DNA of 32,000 nt from Acaryochloris marina MBIC11017 (GCF_000018105.1 NC_009925.1:4050001-4082000); one strand, 5' to 3'; counted from the stretch's first letter, positions 8,552 to 17,946 are shown. Notes: a model not told the origin generated them from the letters alone. Numbers and translations: made by a program.

Positions 8552-8971
8552 CTAAAGGTTTGGATTACTGCTCTTTTTATTCCACATAGAAAGATAGTTT
8601 TTGGCTAGCCAGTTATTGCTTGTGCCACCTGTTACCTGAGTCGATTTTTCTCGAACCTCTTCTAGGTATTCGAGATCTTGCATGTATCTGGGTGAGTTTG
8701 ACGGGGTTATAAGTGAATTGGGTTCAAAGTCTTTACAGCTCGCTTTGTCTTTAGATGTTTGATAACTCAGTAGGCTTTCTTTTTTGATTAATCTGTTGTA
8801 GGTGCGATAAGGAATATAGTGAAGTGGGTTATATCCCAGAAAACGCAGCATTAAGACGCAAGCCCAAGAATATTTCCCCATTAGTATGGCTTCAATCACT
8901 TGATTGAATTGTTCGTAGGTGATTTGTTTATCAAAATCAGTCCCAGAGTGAGTAGATAAGTTATGATTCAT
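8552..8971 (-). CDS. HetP-family protein
   Basis: The N-terminal block [45 protein letters not shown] matches, from my memory of the family, the conserved HetP N-terminal domain including its Cys (Cys38 here). The C-terminal ~60 aa are not conserved-looking. The gene ends 34 nt upstream of the HetC-like exporter start. Confidence 0.7.
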   Translation of the reverse strand: MNHNLSTHSGTDFDKQITYEQFNQVIEAILMGKYSWACVLMLRFLGYNPLHYIPYRTYNRLIKKESLLSYQTSKDKASCKDFEPNSLITPSNSPRYMQDLEYLEEVREKSTQVTGGTSNNWLAKNYLSMWNKKSSNPNL

Positions 8972-9348
8972 TCTATTAATCCAATTTTTTGATAAAGCGA
9001 TGCTGTAATTAAAGCTGTATGATGCTATGCGTACTTATTCGTAGATAAGTAGTTTAATTTATGGTGCATTTTGATGGGTTATGAGCCTATTTGTTTTGCT
9101 TCTAATTTTTAAAAAGTTTATTGTTTTATATTGATGCTTTTTATGAAAAATTGAACTTGAAATAAAATAAAAACCTTTTAGCATGATTTTTTGCTTTCTC
9201 TTGATATTATTTCCTGTGATCTGTAGATGGATATTTGAATTTTATAAATTAGGATGAAAACCACTCGAAGACTGTTCAGTAGCCGGAGATGACTGAAAGA
9301 AGATGATGTATTCTATTCATTGATTAAGAGATGAGAATTCAAGCAATG

Positions 9349-10902
9349 TTATTTTTTCGTATTGCCACTCTTCAGTTGCTTGATTGGATCTAATAAAACA
9401 TCGATAATACGACGCTGACGGATAACAATATTAGCTGTTGCCGATTGGCCAGGTCTAAATTTAATTCTCTTGTTATTATCTACGATGTGATGACGCTCTA
9501 ATTCAACTTCAACTTGGTAAACATTTCCTAGCTTCGGATCATATTTTGAGTCTGATGAAATTGAAGATACCTTACCTGGTACTACCCCATAATCTTGATA
9601 TGAATAGGCATCAAATTTGACTTTCGCTGGCTGATCCTTTTTTATAAAGCCTGCTTCCTTATTGGGTAAAACTGCAGAAATTATTAAAGGAGTGTTGTGA
9701 GGTGCAATTTCAGCTACAGTTTGCCCTGAATTGACTACCTTACCTTCATTCTTTAAATTAAATGATAAAACAACACCATCAATAGGTGCTTTAAAGAGCT
9801 TTTGGTCTAGAGTCGCTTTGGCTTTGAGCATCTGATTCTTGGTTTCAGATACTTTAGTTTTTGCCTGGGTGGTTTCTAGTTTAAGCTGGTCAATTTTTTG
9901 GTATGCTTCTAGCTTTAGTCGAGTTCTTTCCGCTTTATTCCGATTTAACTCTGCCTTTAGTTGTTCAACTTGTCGATAAGCAGAATAGAGCTCTCCTTGA
10001 TCTTGTGTCATTTTTGCAGCAAGAGTTCGCATCGATTGCTCATTTTGAAAGATTTGCTGGCTGACACTAGTAATGTCTTGTAATTTACTTTCTGTGATCT
10101 GACTCTGAACTTGACTAAGATTTTGATTGGCCTGGAAGACTAACTCGCTAGAGATAGCACCTTGCTTTTTCAAAGACTTTAATTTTTTCACACGACCTTG
10201 ATTGGATTTGAGGTCTAGCTCTAATTGCTTTACTCGGGATCTTGATAAGTTTGACAAGAGTTTTAAGCGTTTATGCCTGGCATTGTAAGCATTAAGCTCT
10301 TGCTTTTGTTGTATTAGCAACTGAAGTAGAGTATCTGCCCTATCTTCAGCTGATTTTATGGCAGACTCTTGACCCAAATTCTCTGAGGTAGAAATTCGTT
10401 GATGAGTTTGAGCTTCTAAGTAAACTTTATTGAGTAGAGATTGTTTTTGCTTTAGCTCTTGTTGGTAGCTAGACAGCATTTGTTCTAATCGCTTGACTTC
10501 TTTTTTATCTAAAGAAGTATCTAGTTCAGCAATGACTTGTCCAGCCGCAACAGTTTCTCCTTCTTTAACCGCAATTCTGCTGACCTTCCCGATAGCAACA
10601 GATTCAACCTTATATGTCTCACCTTTTGGGACTAGCTTTCCTTTTGCCGTCCCTATATCTTCTATTTTTCCTAGCCAAGCCCAGCCGAGAAAAGCAAGTA
10701 AGAATACTAATCCGCTCGAAATAATTCGGAGAGGCATCTCTGCCGGAGGCTGATCTAGGAGTGATTGTAATGATGCAGACCAATCAATAATGTCATTGTT
10801 TTTATATACAAAATTTTGTATTTTAGGCTGATTTAAGCTTGATCTTTGATCGTTTTTTTTGCCTAATTCTTGATCAGAAATAGTCAAAACCTTTGCCCCC
10901 AA
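9349..10902 (-). CDS. HlyD-family periplasmic adaptor (membrane fusion protein) of a type I / bacteriocin export system
   Basis: It has a single N-terminal TM (LRIISSGLVFLLAFLGWAWLG), a lipoyl-like hairpin (GKVSRIAVKEGETVAAGQVIAELD), a ~230-aa coiled-coil, and a beta-barrel C-terminal part (PIDGVVLSFNLKNEGKVVNSGQTVAEI). The start is uncertain because the ORF opens with TTG at 10902 and no ATG lies upstream of the TM. Confidence 0.85.
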   Translation of the reverse strand: MGAKVLTISDQELGKKNDQRSSLNQPKIQNFVYKNNDIIDWSASLQSLLDQPPAEMPLRIISSGLVFLLAFLGWAWLGKIEDIGTAKGKLVPKGETYKVESVAIGKVSRIAVKEGETVAAGQVIAELDTSLDKKEVKRLEQMLSSYQQELKQKQSLLNKVYLEAQTHQRISTSENLGQESAIKSAEDRADTLLQLLIQQKQELNAYNARHKRLKLLSNLSRSRVKQLELDLKSNQGRVKKLKSLKKQGAISSELVFQANQNLSQVQSQITESKLQDITSVSQQIFQNEQSMRTLAAKMTQDQGELYSAYRQVEQLKAELNRNKAERTRLKLEAYQKIDQLKLETTQAKTKVSETKNQMLKAKATLDQKLFKAPIDGVVLSFNLKNEGKVVNSGQTVAEIAPHNTPLIISAVLPNKEAGFIKKDQPAKVKFDAYSYQDYGVVPGKVSSISSDSKYDPKLGNVYQVEVELERHHIVDNNKRIKFRPGQSATANIVIRQRRIIDVLLDPIKQLKSGNTKK

Positions 10903-12637
10903 AACCTTTTTGTAAAAAATATTCTACTTTATCGCAGATTATTGGTCAAAACATTTTTATTTTAGACAGAAAATGATTTAGATGCATCAAAAATTTAATA
11001 TTTTCTTATTTTTTGAGTGGATTTCTTTTCAAACAAAGATATTTTCATATACAAAAAACTTCTAATGAATCTGATGTGATTAGATTGAGAAGTTCGAGAT
11101 TAAGAATAGCCCTAAAATGATTCCCTTTGTTGGTTAGGGATACGTGATTACCAATAAAGGCAACCTTTTACTAGGCTTGATACTTTTGCCATCAGAGGAT
11201 GAAATGTTATTATCCACCCTTGGATATAAATAATTAGGCAGCACTATTTGACAATCCCTATAGTTTTCTGGAAAAGCCTTGGAAAACTTATAAGCACTGT
11301 CAATTCACACGTTGAATTCGATATCTCTATATTATTTAGAGCTAATGCATGTTGTAGTACCTAACTAGATGACTTAGAACAATATCCTCTAGATGCTTCA
11401 ATCAATCTTATTCACATATTCCATGGCTATACACCATTCCTATATGTCTAGAAAAGGTGGCCCTAGCCATTTATCTTTAGTTCTGAACACTTCCATCTCT
11501 CTTCACTATTTTTGTGAAAAGCTGAACAAATAGTTCTTTGGCCGTTGGCTTGGGGAATTTATTCGAATGTAGTAGACGTAGAAAATCTATAAGTTTAAGA
11601 ATAGTCTAATGTAGAAAATTCTTGGTTCATATATCAAACAAACTAAAAAAACATTCTATCTAGATTGCTTGTGAACTTATAGATTAACCATATTTCGACT
11701 AGATTGGATTGATTTTTTGGCGTTGGTAAACACATTTTGAATTTACCTTTTGTTTGAGCAATTGAATAGTTTTTCTTTACAAAAGTTATCTAGGTTATTT
11801 TATGTTTTATTGATGTCATATATTTTTTTATGACTTTAAATGACAGGTAGTTATTATTCTTTTTTTAACGTATATTGAAAAATATTTATACCTTTTGTAT
11901 CGTAAAATAAGAATTTTGTAAAATGAAATTGATGAAGCCTGGCAACTTCTTGACTACTCAGCGCTTAGATTCTATAGGTGACAGTAGTTTTAGGAGATTA
12001 AAAAAAATTGTATGAGGTAATAGTTTAAAGCTAAAGCCATTATTTTAAGAGGATTATTTTATCGAAGCCCATACTGATTTAAATCAAATGCTTCATAAAG
12101 AAGAGTGCAAATAACGTAATGTTCAACCTCAAAAAGGAATAAAAGGATATAGGCTGATTCGTTGTATCAGATTAGCTAAACTGTTGATTTTGCCATGAGA
12201 TTATAATTTTATCGATAAATAATTCTCAATGGTAACTCTTGTGAAGACTATATAAATTAAGCTAGGTGTATTGATAACTATGGATGATGCGTTTACTTCA
12301 TGCAGCCATGATAAATAGACGCTTGGCGGTAGATTGATCATTTATCTAATTATTGATTAAGGCTCTCTTAGACAGGCTTCAACTGAAGAGAGCATTTTAA
12401 TATCAGTAATATTGGATGCTTGAACTAAAGAAAGGGTAGATTCAATATATATTTAACTCTTACTGATACTAGTCTTGATTTTAGTAGTAAAAACTATCTC
12501 TATTATTTATGCCCACTTAAGGCCAATAATTCAGTAGATAACTTAAAATATTGCTTGGCTCTGTTGGCTATAAACTTTATTCGCTTGATGCTTGCTTCAG
12601 TAAATAAATCTGGATAATGGAATTATGTAATCCTGTC

Positions 12638-13414
12638 TCAGTTTGCTTTTTGAGTATTATAACCTCTGGTTAAAAAATGAGTTAAGACTAGTAAGAATGA
12701 ATTTTTTTTCTCCCAGGGAACACGATGCCCAGCATTTAAAATAATGCGATGATTGATTGATAAACAATGACGATCTAGCTTTTGGCCAATTTGGCAATAA
12801 TGCATGTCTTCTGACCCTGATATATACAAAATTGGTGCGTTGAGAGTTTGTAAATTTGGGAGGAGATTGCTTTGGTGTCCCTTGGAGAAGATCTGAAATA
12901 TCTGTGAGAGTTTAATGCGAGAAAAATCTTTTTCTAAGACTGAATAGGTAGGCTGGCGTCCACAGAATACGGAGAGTGAATTCCACTCCTGCATCAGGTT
13001 TTCCCACTTATCATGCAGAAATTTGTTGCTCCAAGCTTTATCTCTTTGGAGACAGCGGTTGCGATCGCACTCTGATTCCAACCCCGAGTCAGCACTGATA
13101 ATGATCGCTCCTTGCCATAATTCAGGTCGATGTAGCAGCGCATGAAAAGCTAACCGACCGCCCAAGGAATAACCCAGTAAGAAACGAGACTTAAAGTGAT
13201 GGGTGTGAACGCGTTGACAAAATAGAGCTGCCCATTCCTCTAAAGAGTCTCCTGGACTGGTCCATAGATCTTCCAAGAAAATGGATAGGTTGAGCTTGGG
13301 CCTGACCGCTTGATGAAGTTGCGTTGTGATGGGGTGCCATACTTTAGGGGTTTGGAGATTGCCATGAATCATCCATAACCCAACATCAGACGGCACAATA
13401 GATTTTGGTGACAT
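12638..13414 (-). CDS. alpha/beta-fold hydrolase (MenH-like, assignment tentative)
   Basis: Contains an HG oxyanion motif (WMIHGN), nucleophile elbow GYSLGG and a C-terminal catalytic His (NAGHRVPWE). Length 258 aa, core-type composition. Confidence 0.7.
   Translation of the reverse strand: MSPKSIVPSDVGLWMIHGNLQTPKVWHPITTQLHQAVRPKLNLSIFLEDLWTSPGDSLEEWAALFCQRVHTHHFKSRFLLGYSLGGRLAFHALLHRPELWQGAIIISADSGLESECDRNRCLQRDKAWSNKFLHDKWENLMQEWNSLSVFCGRQPTYSVLEKDFSRIKLSQIFQIFSKGHQSNLLPNLQTLNAPILYISGSEDMHYCQIGQKLDRHCLSINHRIILNAGHRVPWEKKNSFLLVLTHFLTRGYNTQKAN
13061..13068. repeat. HIP1 palindrome GCGATCGC
   Basis: Exact octamer read directly. Confidence 0.95.
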
Positions 13415-13487
13415 GATGCTCAGTATATGATTTCACTTAGCTAATAGAAGGGGCGCTGTCAAGACGCACAGGCTGGCCCTAGGATAG

Positions 13488-15773
13488 ATGCTCGATTCAA
13501 TGTCTACACTGCACCTGTTTGGAATTCGCCATCATGGACCTGGTTCAGCTCGGAGTTTGCGACAGAGCTTAGAAAACCTAGAGCCTGATTTGATTTTGGT
13601 AGAGGGGCCACCGGATGCGGCTGGCGTGATTGAGCAGGTCGTTAGCCCGGACATGAGTCCTCCTGTGGCTATTTTGATTTATGCACCGGAGCAACCTCAA
13701 CAGGCCGTTTATTATCCCTTTGCGGTTTTTTCACCCGAATGGCAGGCGTTAGATTATGGTTTCCAACACCAGGTCCCGGTGCAGTGGATGGACTTGCCCC
13801 AGACGCATCAACTGGCCTTGCGACAGCAGCTCGATCAACAGTATGAACCGCCTGAGGTAGAGGGCGATGCTGGGAATGTGTCTCCTGAATCGTCTCTACC
13901 CGAAATTCGGCAGGATCCGCTGTTTTGGTTAGCCCAAGCGGCTGGATTTAATGATAGTGAACGCTGGTGGGAGCGGATGGTAGAACAGAGATCTGAAACC
14001 ACCGATCTATTTCCTGCCATTGTAGAAGCGATGTCAGCACTGCGATTAGAGATGGAAAAGGATCATCCGCTAGATCTCAACAACAATCGGGATTATCGAG
14101 AAGCCTTACGAGAAGCCTACATGCGGCAAACCATCCGCAAAGCGAAGAAGGCAGGGTATGAAAAAATAGCGATTGTTTGTGGGGCTTGGCATACGCCTGC
14201 TTTAGTGGAACCTTTCCCGCCTGCTAAGCAGGATGCAGCTTTACTAAAAGGCTTACCTAAACTGAAAGTAACTTCAACCTGGATTCCCTGGACCTATGAG
14301 CGGCTGGCAGATCGCAGCGGCTATGGAGCAGGGATTGCTTCGCCGGGCTGGTATCACCACCTATGGACGGCATTGGATCAACCCACGGTTCGCTGGCTCA
14401 CCCATGTTGCCCGCTTGTTGCGGCAGGCGGATGTCGATGCCTCTTCGGCTAGTGTGATTGAAGCGGTGCGGCTGGCCAATTCCCTAGCTGCACTGCGAGA
14501 TTGTCCGACCCCCGGATTGTCTGAATTAAACGAAGCGGCCAAGACGGTCCTCTGCTTTGGGGAGGAACTGCCGTTGCAGCTGATTCATGAACGATTGATA
14601 ATTAGCGATCGCATGGGGCAAGTTCCAGACGATACGCCGATGGTGCCTTTGCAGGTGGATTTGCAGCGTTGGCAGAAGAAGCTGCGCCTTAAACCTTCGG
14701 TTACGCCCAAAGAGCTGTCTCTGGATTTGCGAAAGCCGAATGATTTGTTGCGATCGCAACTTTTGCATCGCCTCAATTTATTAGGGATTCCCTGGGGCCG
14801 CCCTACCTTTAGTCGAGGTAAAGGAACTTTTAAAGAAGCCTGGATATTGGAGTGGCAGCCTGAGTTTGAAATTGCCTTGATTGAAGCGGGTCAGTGGGGC
14901 AATACGATTGAGGCTGCCACGACCGCCTATACCTGTGATCTGGCGAATAATGCCGCAAATCTGCCGATACTAACCGAGCTATTGGATCAGGTTCTCTTGG
15001 CCGATCTCCCGGACGCGATTACCCAACTCATGGCTCGTTTGCAGGCAGAAGCAGCGGTTGCCAGTGATGTGGTGCATCTGATGTCGGCCTTACCGCCCTT
15101 GGCCCAAATCTTGCGGTATCGGGATGTGCGTCAAACGGATACAGAGGTTGTCGCCCATGTGGTGGATGGCCTAGTCACTCGCATCTGTATTGGCTTACCA
15201 GGGGCTTGCGCGTCTCTGGATGATGACGCGGCAGCCATGATGGATAAACAAATTATGGCGACCCATAGTGCCATTAATTTGTTGCAAAATCAGGACCATC
15301 AACAGATGTGGTGGATGGTGTTAAAACAACTGGTGAATCGAGAAAGTTTACATGGATTGCTGAGTGGTCGTTCCTGTCGGTTATTGCTGGATGGAGGACA
15401 GTTTGAACCATCAAGAGCGGCCCAACAGTTGAGTTTGGCGTTATCCCTAGCGACGGACCCGACCCAAGCTGCTGCCTGGATTGAAGGCTTCCTCAAGGGT
15501 AGTGGCCTGTTGTTACTCCACGATCAGGAGATTTGGCAGGTCCTGGATCAGTGGGTTTGCGAATTGGCACCAGATACCTTTGTGACGCTGTTACCGTTGT
15601 TGCGGCGGACCTTCTCAACTTTTCCGGTAGCAGAACGGCGGCAGATGGGCGAGCGAGTCACGCAAGGAGTTGTGGAGACTGGCTTACAGGGCTGGGACTC
15701 GGAGGTATTGGATTGCGATCTCGCTGAAACGGTTTTGCCACTTGTAGCAAAGCTCTTGGGGTTTTCGTTGTAA
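13488..15773 (+). CDS. large conserved hypothetical protein, DUF5682-like
   Basis: 761-aa ORF with clean coding composition. The N-terminus LHLFGIRHHGPGSARSLRQSLENLEPDLILVEGPPD resembles, from memory, the conserved start of DUF5682-family proteins. An alternative start exists at Met5 (13500). Confidence 0.6.
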   Translation: MLDSMSTLHLFGIRHHGPGSARSLRQSLENLEPDLILVEGPPDAAGVIEQVVSPDMSPPVAILIYAPEQPQQAVYYPFAVFSPEWQALDYGFQHQVPVQWMDLPQTHQLALRQQLDQQYEPPEVEGDAGNVSPESSLPEIRQDPLFWLAQAAGFNDSERWWERMVEQRSETTDLFPAIVEAMSALRLEMEKDHPLDLNNNRDYREALREAYMRQTIRKAKKAGYEKIAIVCGAWHTPALVEPFPPAKQDAALLKGLPKLKVTSTWIPWTYERLADRSGYGAGIASPGWYHHLWTALDQPTVRWLTHVARLLRQADVDASSASVIEAVRLANSLAALRDCPTPGLSELNEAAKTVLCFGEELPLQLIHERLIISDRMGQVPDDTPMVPLQVDLQRWQKKLRLKPSVTPKELSLDLRKPNDLLRSQLLHRLNLLGIPWGRPTFSRGKGTFKEAWILEWQPEFEIALIEAGQWGNTIEAATTAYTCDLANNAANLPILTELLDQVLLADLPDAITQLMARLQAEAAVASDVVHLMSALPPLAQILRYRDVRQTDTEVVAHVVDGLVTRICIGLPGACASLDDDAAAMMDKQIMATHSAINLLQNQDHQQMWWMVLKQLVNRESLHGLLSGRSCRLLLDGGQFEPSRAAQQLSLALSLATDPTQAAAWIEGFLKGSGLLLLHDQEIWQVLDQWVCELAPDTFVTLLPLLRRTFSTFPVAERRQMGERVTQGVVETGLQGWDSEVLDCDLAETVLPLVAKLLGFSL
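14605..14612. repeat. HIP1 palindrome GCGATCGC
   Basis: Exact octamer read directly. Confidence 0.95.
14750..14757. repeat. HIP1 palindrome GCGATCGC
   Basis: Exact octamer read directly. Confidence 0.95.
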
Positions 15774-15944
15774 CTTTTTATATTGATTGAATAAAAGTAG
15801 CCTTCAAATATTTAACGAAAATCAATGTCGTGGTATAGAAAATATCTTTAATAAGATAAACCATGATAATTTCTAAGGCATTAGCATGGTTTGGTTTTTT
15901 GGGTGATTCATCACCTTATATGCGTGTTAACTATTTTTAGCATA

Positions 15945-16862
15945 ATGAAAAAAAATAAAAGCACTTCTCTCTCTAGCAATCCTCGCGAAGGATCTCTCAG
16001 GAAAAAATTACAACATAAGATAATTCTCAATCTTATGCAATTACCAGCATATGAGTTTAGTAAAGAACAAAAAGAGATTTTTAAGCAGAGTTTATGTTTT
16101 GATATTCAACAGAATATAAAAGACTCTGACGAGAGAGAGGATTGGCATCCTTATAACGATGAATTTCAGGATCTACCTACTTTAGAATCTAATAGACAAC
16201 AGAAGTTCGTAAAAATAATACTCACTATGATGCCTAAGAAGGATTTATTCATACTACTAGTATCGTGTGTATCTTTTGTTGGTGTTTTATTAAAAAAAGT
16301 AACTCCTGTTATTCCTAATCAAATTATTGCCATTTTTCTTATTTCTTTTTATGCTTCATATCCTTTTGCTGTTGATAGGATAATATCTTTTCGACGAAAA
16401 TATATTAATACAAATCGAAAAAGAAAAAAGATATTGGAAAAAGTAGATGGCTATATATATTTATCCGAAAATTATCTACATGGAGACGAAATTAACAAAA
16501 AAGCTAATTTAATTTCCGAAAAAATTATTAAAGATGACATTGCAGATTTGGATTATCGATTGAAAGAATTTAATATTCTTCGAGTTTTTATGCCCAGCTT
16601 TTTATGTATATTATTTTTGTATTTTATAGATGATAATAGTTGGAGTCATATTTTGAAATTCATAGAGGTGATTGTAGAATTTGTAGGTGCTGGCAACTTT
16701 TCTGTTGTCAGTGACTTGAATAAAGAACGTTTATTAATATTTTTCTTGTTTCCAATTCTTACAGCACTTTTAAGGGATTTATTTATTTCATCTTTGCGGA
16801 AAGATAATCGAATTTTTCGACAGTCTTTAGTAATCCTGAAGATGTGTAGACCTATTGCATAA
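15945..16862 (+). CDS. hypothetical multi-pass membrane protein in an AT-rich islet
   Basis: The ORF track opens at a TTG (15891); the first ATG is at 15945 (MKKNKSTS...). Several hydrophobic segments are present (LFILLVSCVSFVGVLL, IIAIFLISFYASYPFAV, VFMPSFLCILFLYFI, LLIFFLFPILTALL). I recognise no family. Codon usage is very AT-rich, unlike the neighbours. Confidence 0.5.
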   Translation: MKKNKSTSLSSNPREGSLRKKLQHKIILNLMQLPAYEFSKEQKEIFKQSLCFDIQQNIKDSDEREDWHPYNDEFQDLPTLESNRQQKFVKIILTMMPKKDLFILLVSCVSFVGVLLKKVTPVIPNQIIAIFLISFYASYPFAVDRIISFRRKYINTNRKRKKILEKVDGYIYLSENYLHGDEINKKANLISEKIIKDDIADLDYRLKEFNILRVFMPSFLCILFLYFIDDNSWSHILKFIEVIVEFVGAGNFSVVSDLNKERLLIFFLFPILTALLRDLFISSLRKDNRIFRQSLVILKMCRPIA

Positions 16863-16934
16863 TACAGTTGCCGATATGGTGGATGACTAAAAAATTAAGT
16901 TAGATCTCGGCATAAATTGAGTGAGTAACACATC

Positions 16935-17126
16935 ATGAAACAAATATTGCAAGAGGCGGATGAGATTGTCTTTAAAACAGTGAACTTATCTCCTATTCAT
17001 AAAGATCCCTTTGATCGACTCATTATTGCCACTGCCCTTGTATGTAATGCAAAATTGGCAAGTATTGATAGTTACTTCTCAAAGTATCCTGAATTAACAG
17101 AACTTCTAATAGCAAAAGAGATTTGA
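16935..17126 (+). pseudogene. C-terminal remnant of a PIN-domain (VapC-type) toxin
   Basis: The 63-aa ORF ends with DPFDRLIIATALVCNAKLASIDSYFSKYPEL, the typical C-terminal DPFDR(L/I)(L/I)xAxA...L(I/V)(S/T)xD block of PIN nucleases. The N-terminal half with the first acidic residues is missing, and no antitoxin ORF lies upstream. Confidence 0.5.
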
Positions 17127-17154
17127 TCGATCTTGTTCGCAGGAATTCTACTTT

Positions 17155-17946
17155 ATGATTACTTTGAGAATTCTGTATCCCTGCAACCCTCTTGAACCCC
17201 AAGAACCCGATCAGCCATTCAAAGATGAATTTCTGGCTGTCCAACAGTTGGGAATCCCTGTTTCGCTATTTGCCTATGATGATTTGAGTTTTGGAGACTT
17301 TAAGCCTCGGCCCCGTATTGATTCTGGTGAAACAGTTTTATATCGCGGCTGGATGTTTAATCTCACTGCCTATCAGATCTTTACAGACTTTATCGGTAAG
17401 AGCGCTGGGATTCCAGTGACCTCAGCCGCAGATTATGCCCTTTGCCACCATCTCAATCAGTGGTATTCAGCCTGTGCTGATCTCACCCCGGAAACCGTGT
17501 TTCTGGAAACAGGCTCCAACTATCTGGAGCAAATTTCAAATTTGAACTGGGACGCTTACTTAATCAAAGACTTTGTAAAATCCAACACCGATGCCCAAGG
17601 GTCCATTGCTCGTACCCCTAAACAAGCCGTCAACATTATCAACCTGATTGAACAGTATCGGGGCGAACTGGAAGGAGGGGTTGCTGTTCGCAGAGTTGAG
17701 CAATTTCAGCCCCAATCAGAGCAGAGATATTTTGTGGTCCATGGCACTGCTTATTCCCCAACTGCGGCTGTAACAGCCATCGTTGAAACCGTAAATCAAA
17801 GAATAGAGGCCCCTTTCTACTCTGTTGATGTTGCTCAAACGTTAACTGGCCAAGAGCGGATCGTAGAGCTAGGAGATGGCCAAGTCTCAGAATGCAAAAC
17901 ATGGCCCCTCGACCGATTTGTCAAAATGCTTACGCAGCTAGCCTAG
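17155..17946 (+). CDS. ATP-grasp-like protein (tentative)
   Basis: 263 aa. The opening PDQPFKDEFLAVQQLGIPVSLFAYDDL...VLYRGWM and the later YLIKDFVKS...GGVAVRRVEQF...RYFVVHG resemble small stand-alone ATP-grasp (R2K-type) proteins as I recall them. Not verified. Confidence 0.4.
   Translation: MITLRILYPCNPLEPQEPDQPFKDEFLAVQQLGIPVSLFAYDDLSFGDFKPRPRIDSGETVLYRGWMFNLTAYQIFTDFIGKSAGIPVTSAADYALCHHLNQWYSACADLTPETVFLETGSNYLEQISNLNWDAYLIKDFVKSNTDAQGSIARTPKQAVNIINLIEQYRGELEGGVAVRRVEQFQPQSEQRYFVVHGTAYSPTAAVTAIVETVNQRIEAPFYSVDVAQTLTGQERIVELGDGQVSECKTWPLDRFVKMLTQLA

Larger units (their letters stand above)
500..12637. other. AT-rich accessory island carrying a C39-ABC/HlyD export system and candidate cargo genes
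   Basis: Composition drops abruptly compared with both flanks. By hand count the 60-nt line 1081-1140 is about 20% G+C and line 13501-13560 about 52%. Only one of the seven exact HIP1 palindromes in the window lies here. The island is bounded by tRNA-His on the left and a core-composition hydrolase gene on the right. No mobility genes were seen. Confidence 0.6.

Noticed and set aside
9031-9044. NtcA-like site GTACTTATTCGTAG upstream of the hetP-like gene
   Set aside because: It is one mismatch from GTA-N8-TAC (it ends TAG), and I could not confirm a properly spaced -10 box. Such a match is expected by chance in AT-rich DNA.
12362-12393. 8-bp stem hairpin GCTCTCTT...AAGAGAGC
   Set aside because: The stem is short, the loop is 16 nt, and there is no adjacent gene to terminate. 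Mentioned only as context.
13835-15727. Several 60-80-aa ORFs inside or antisense to the DUF5682-like gene
   Set aside because: All are nested in a long, well-behaved 761-aa reading frame and have Arg/Ser-rich off-frame composition.
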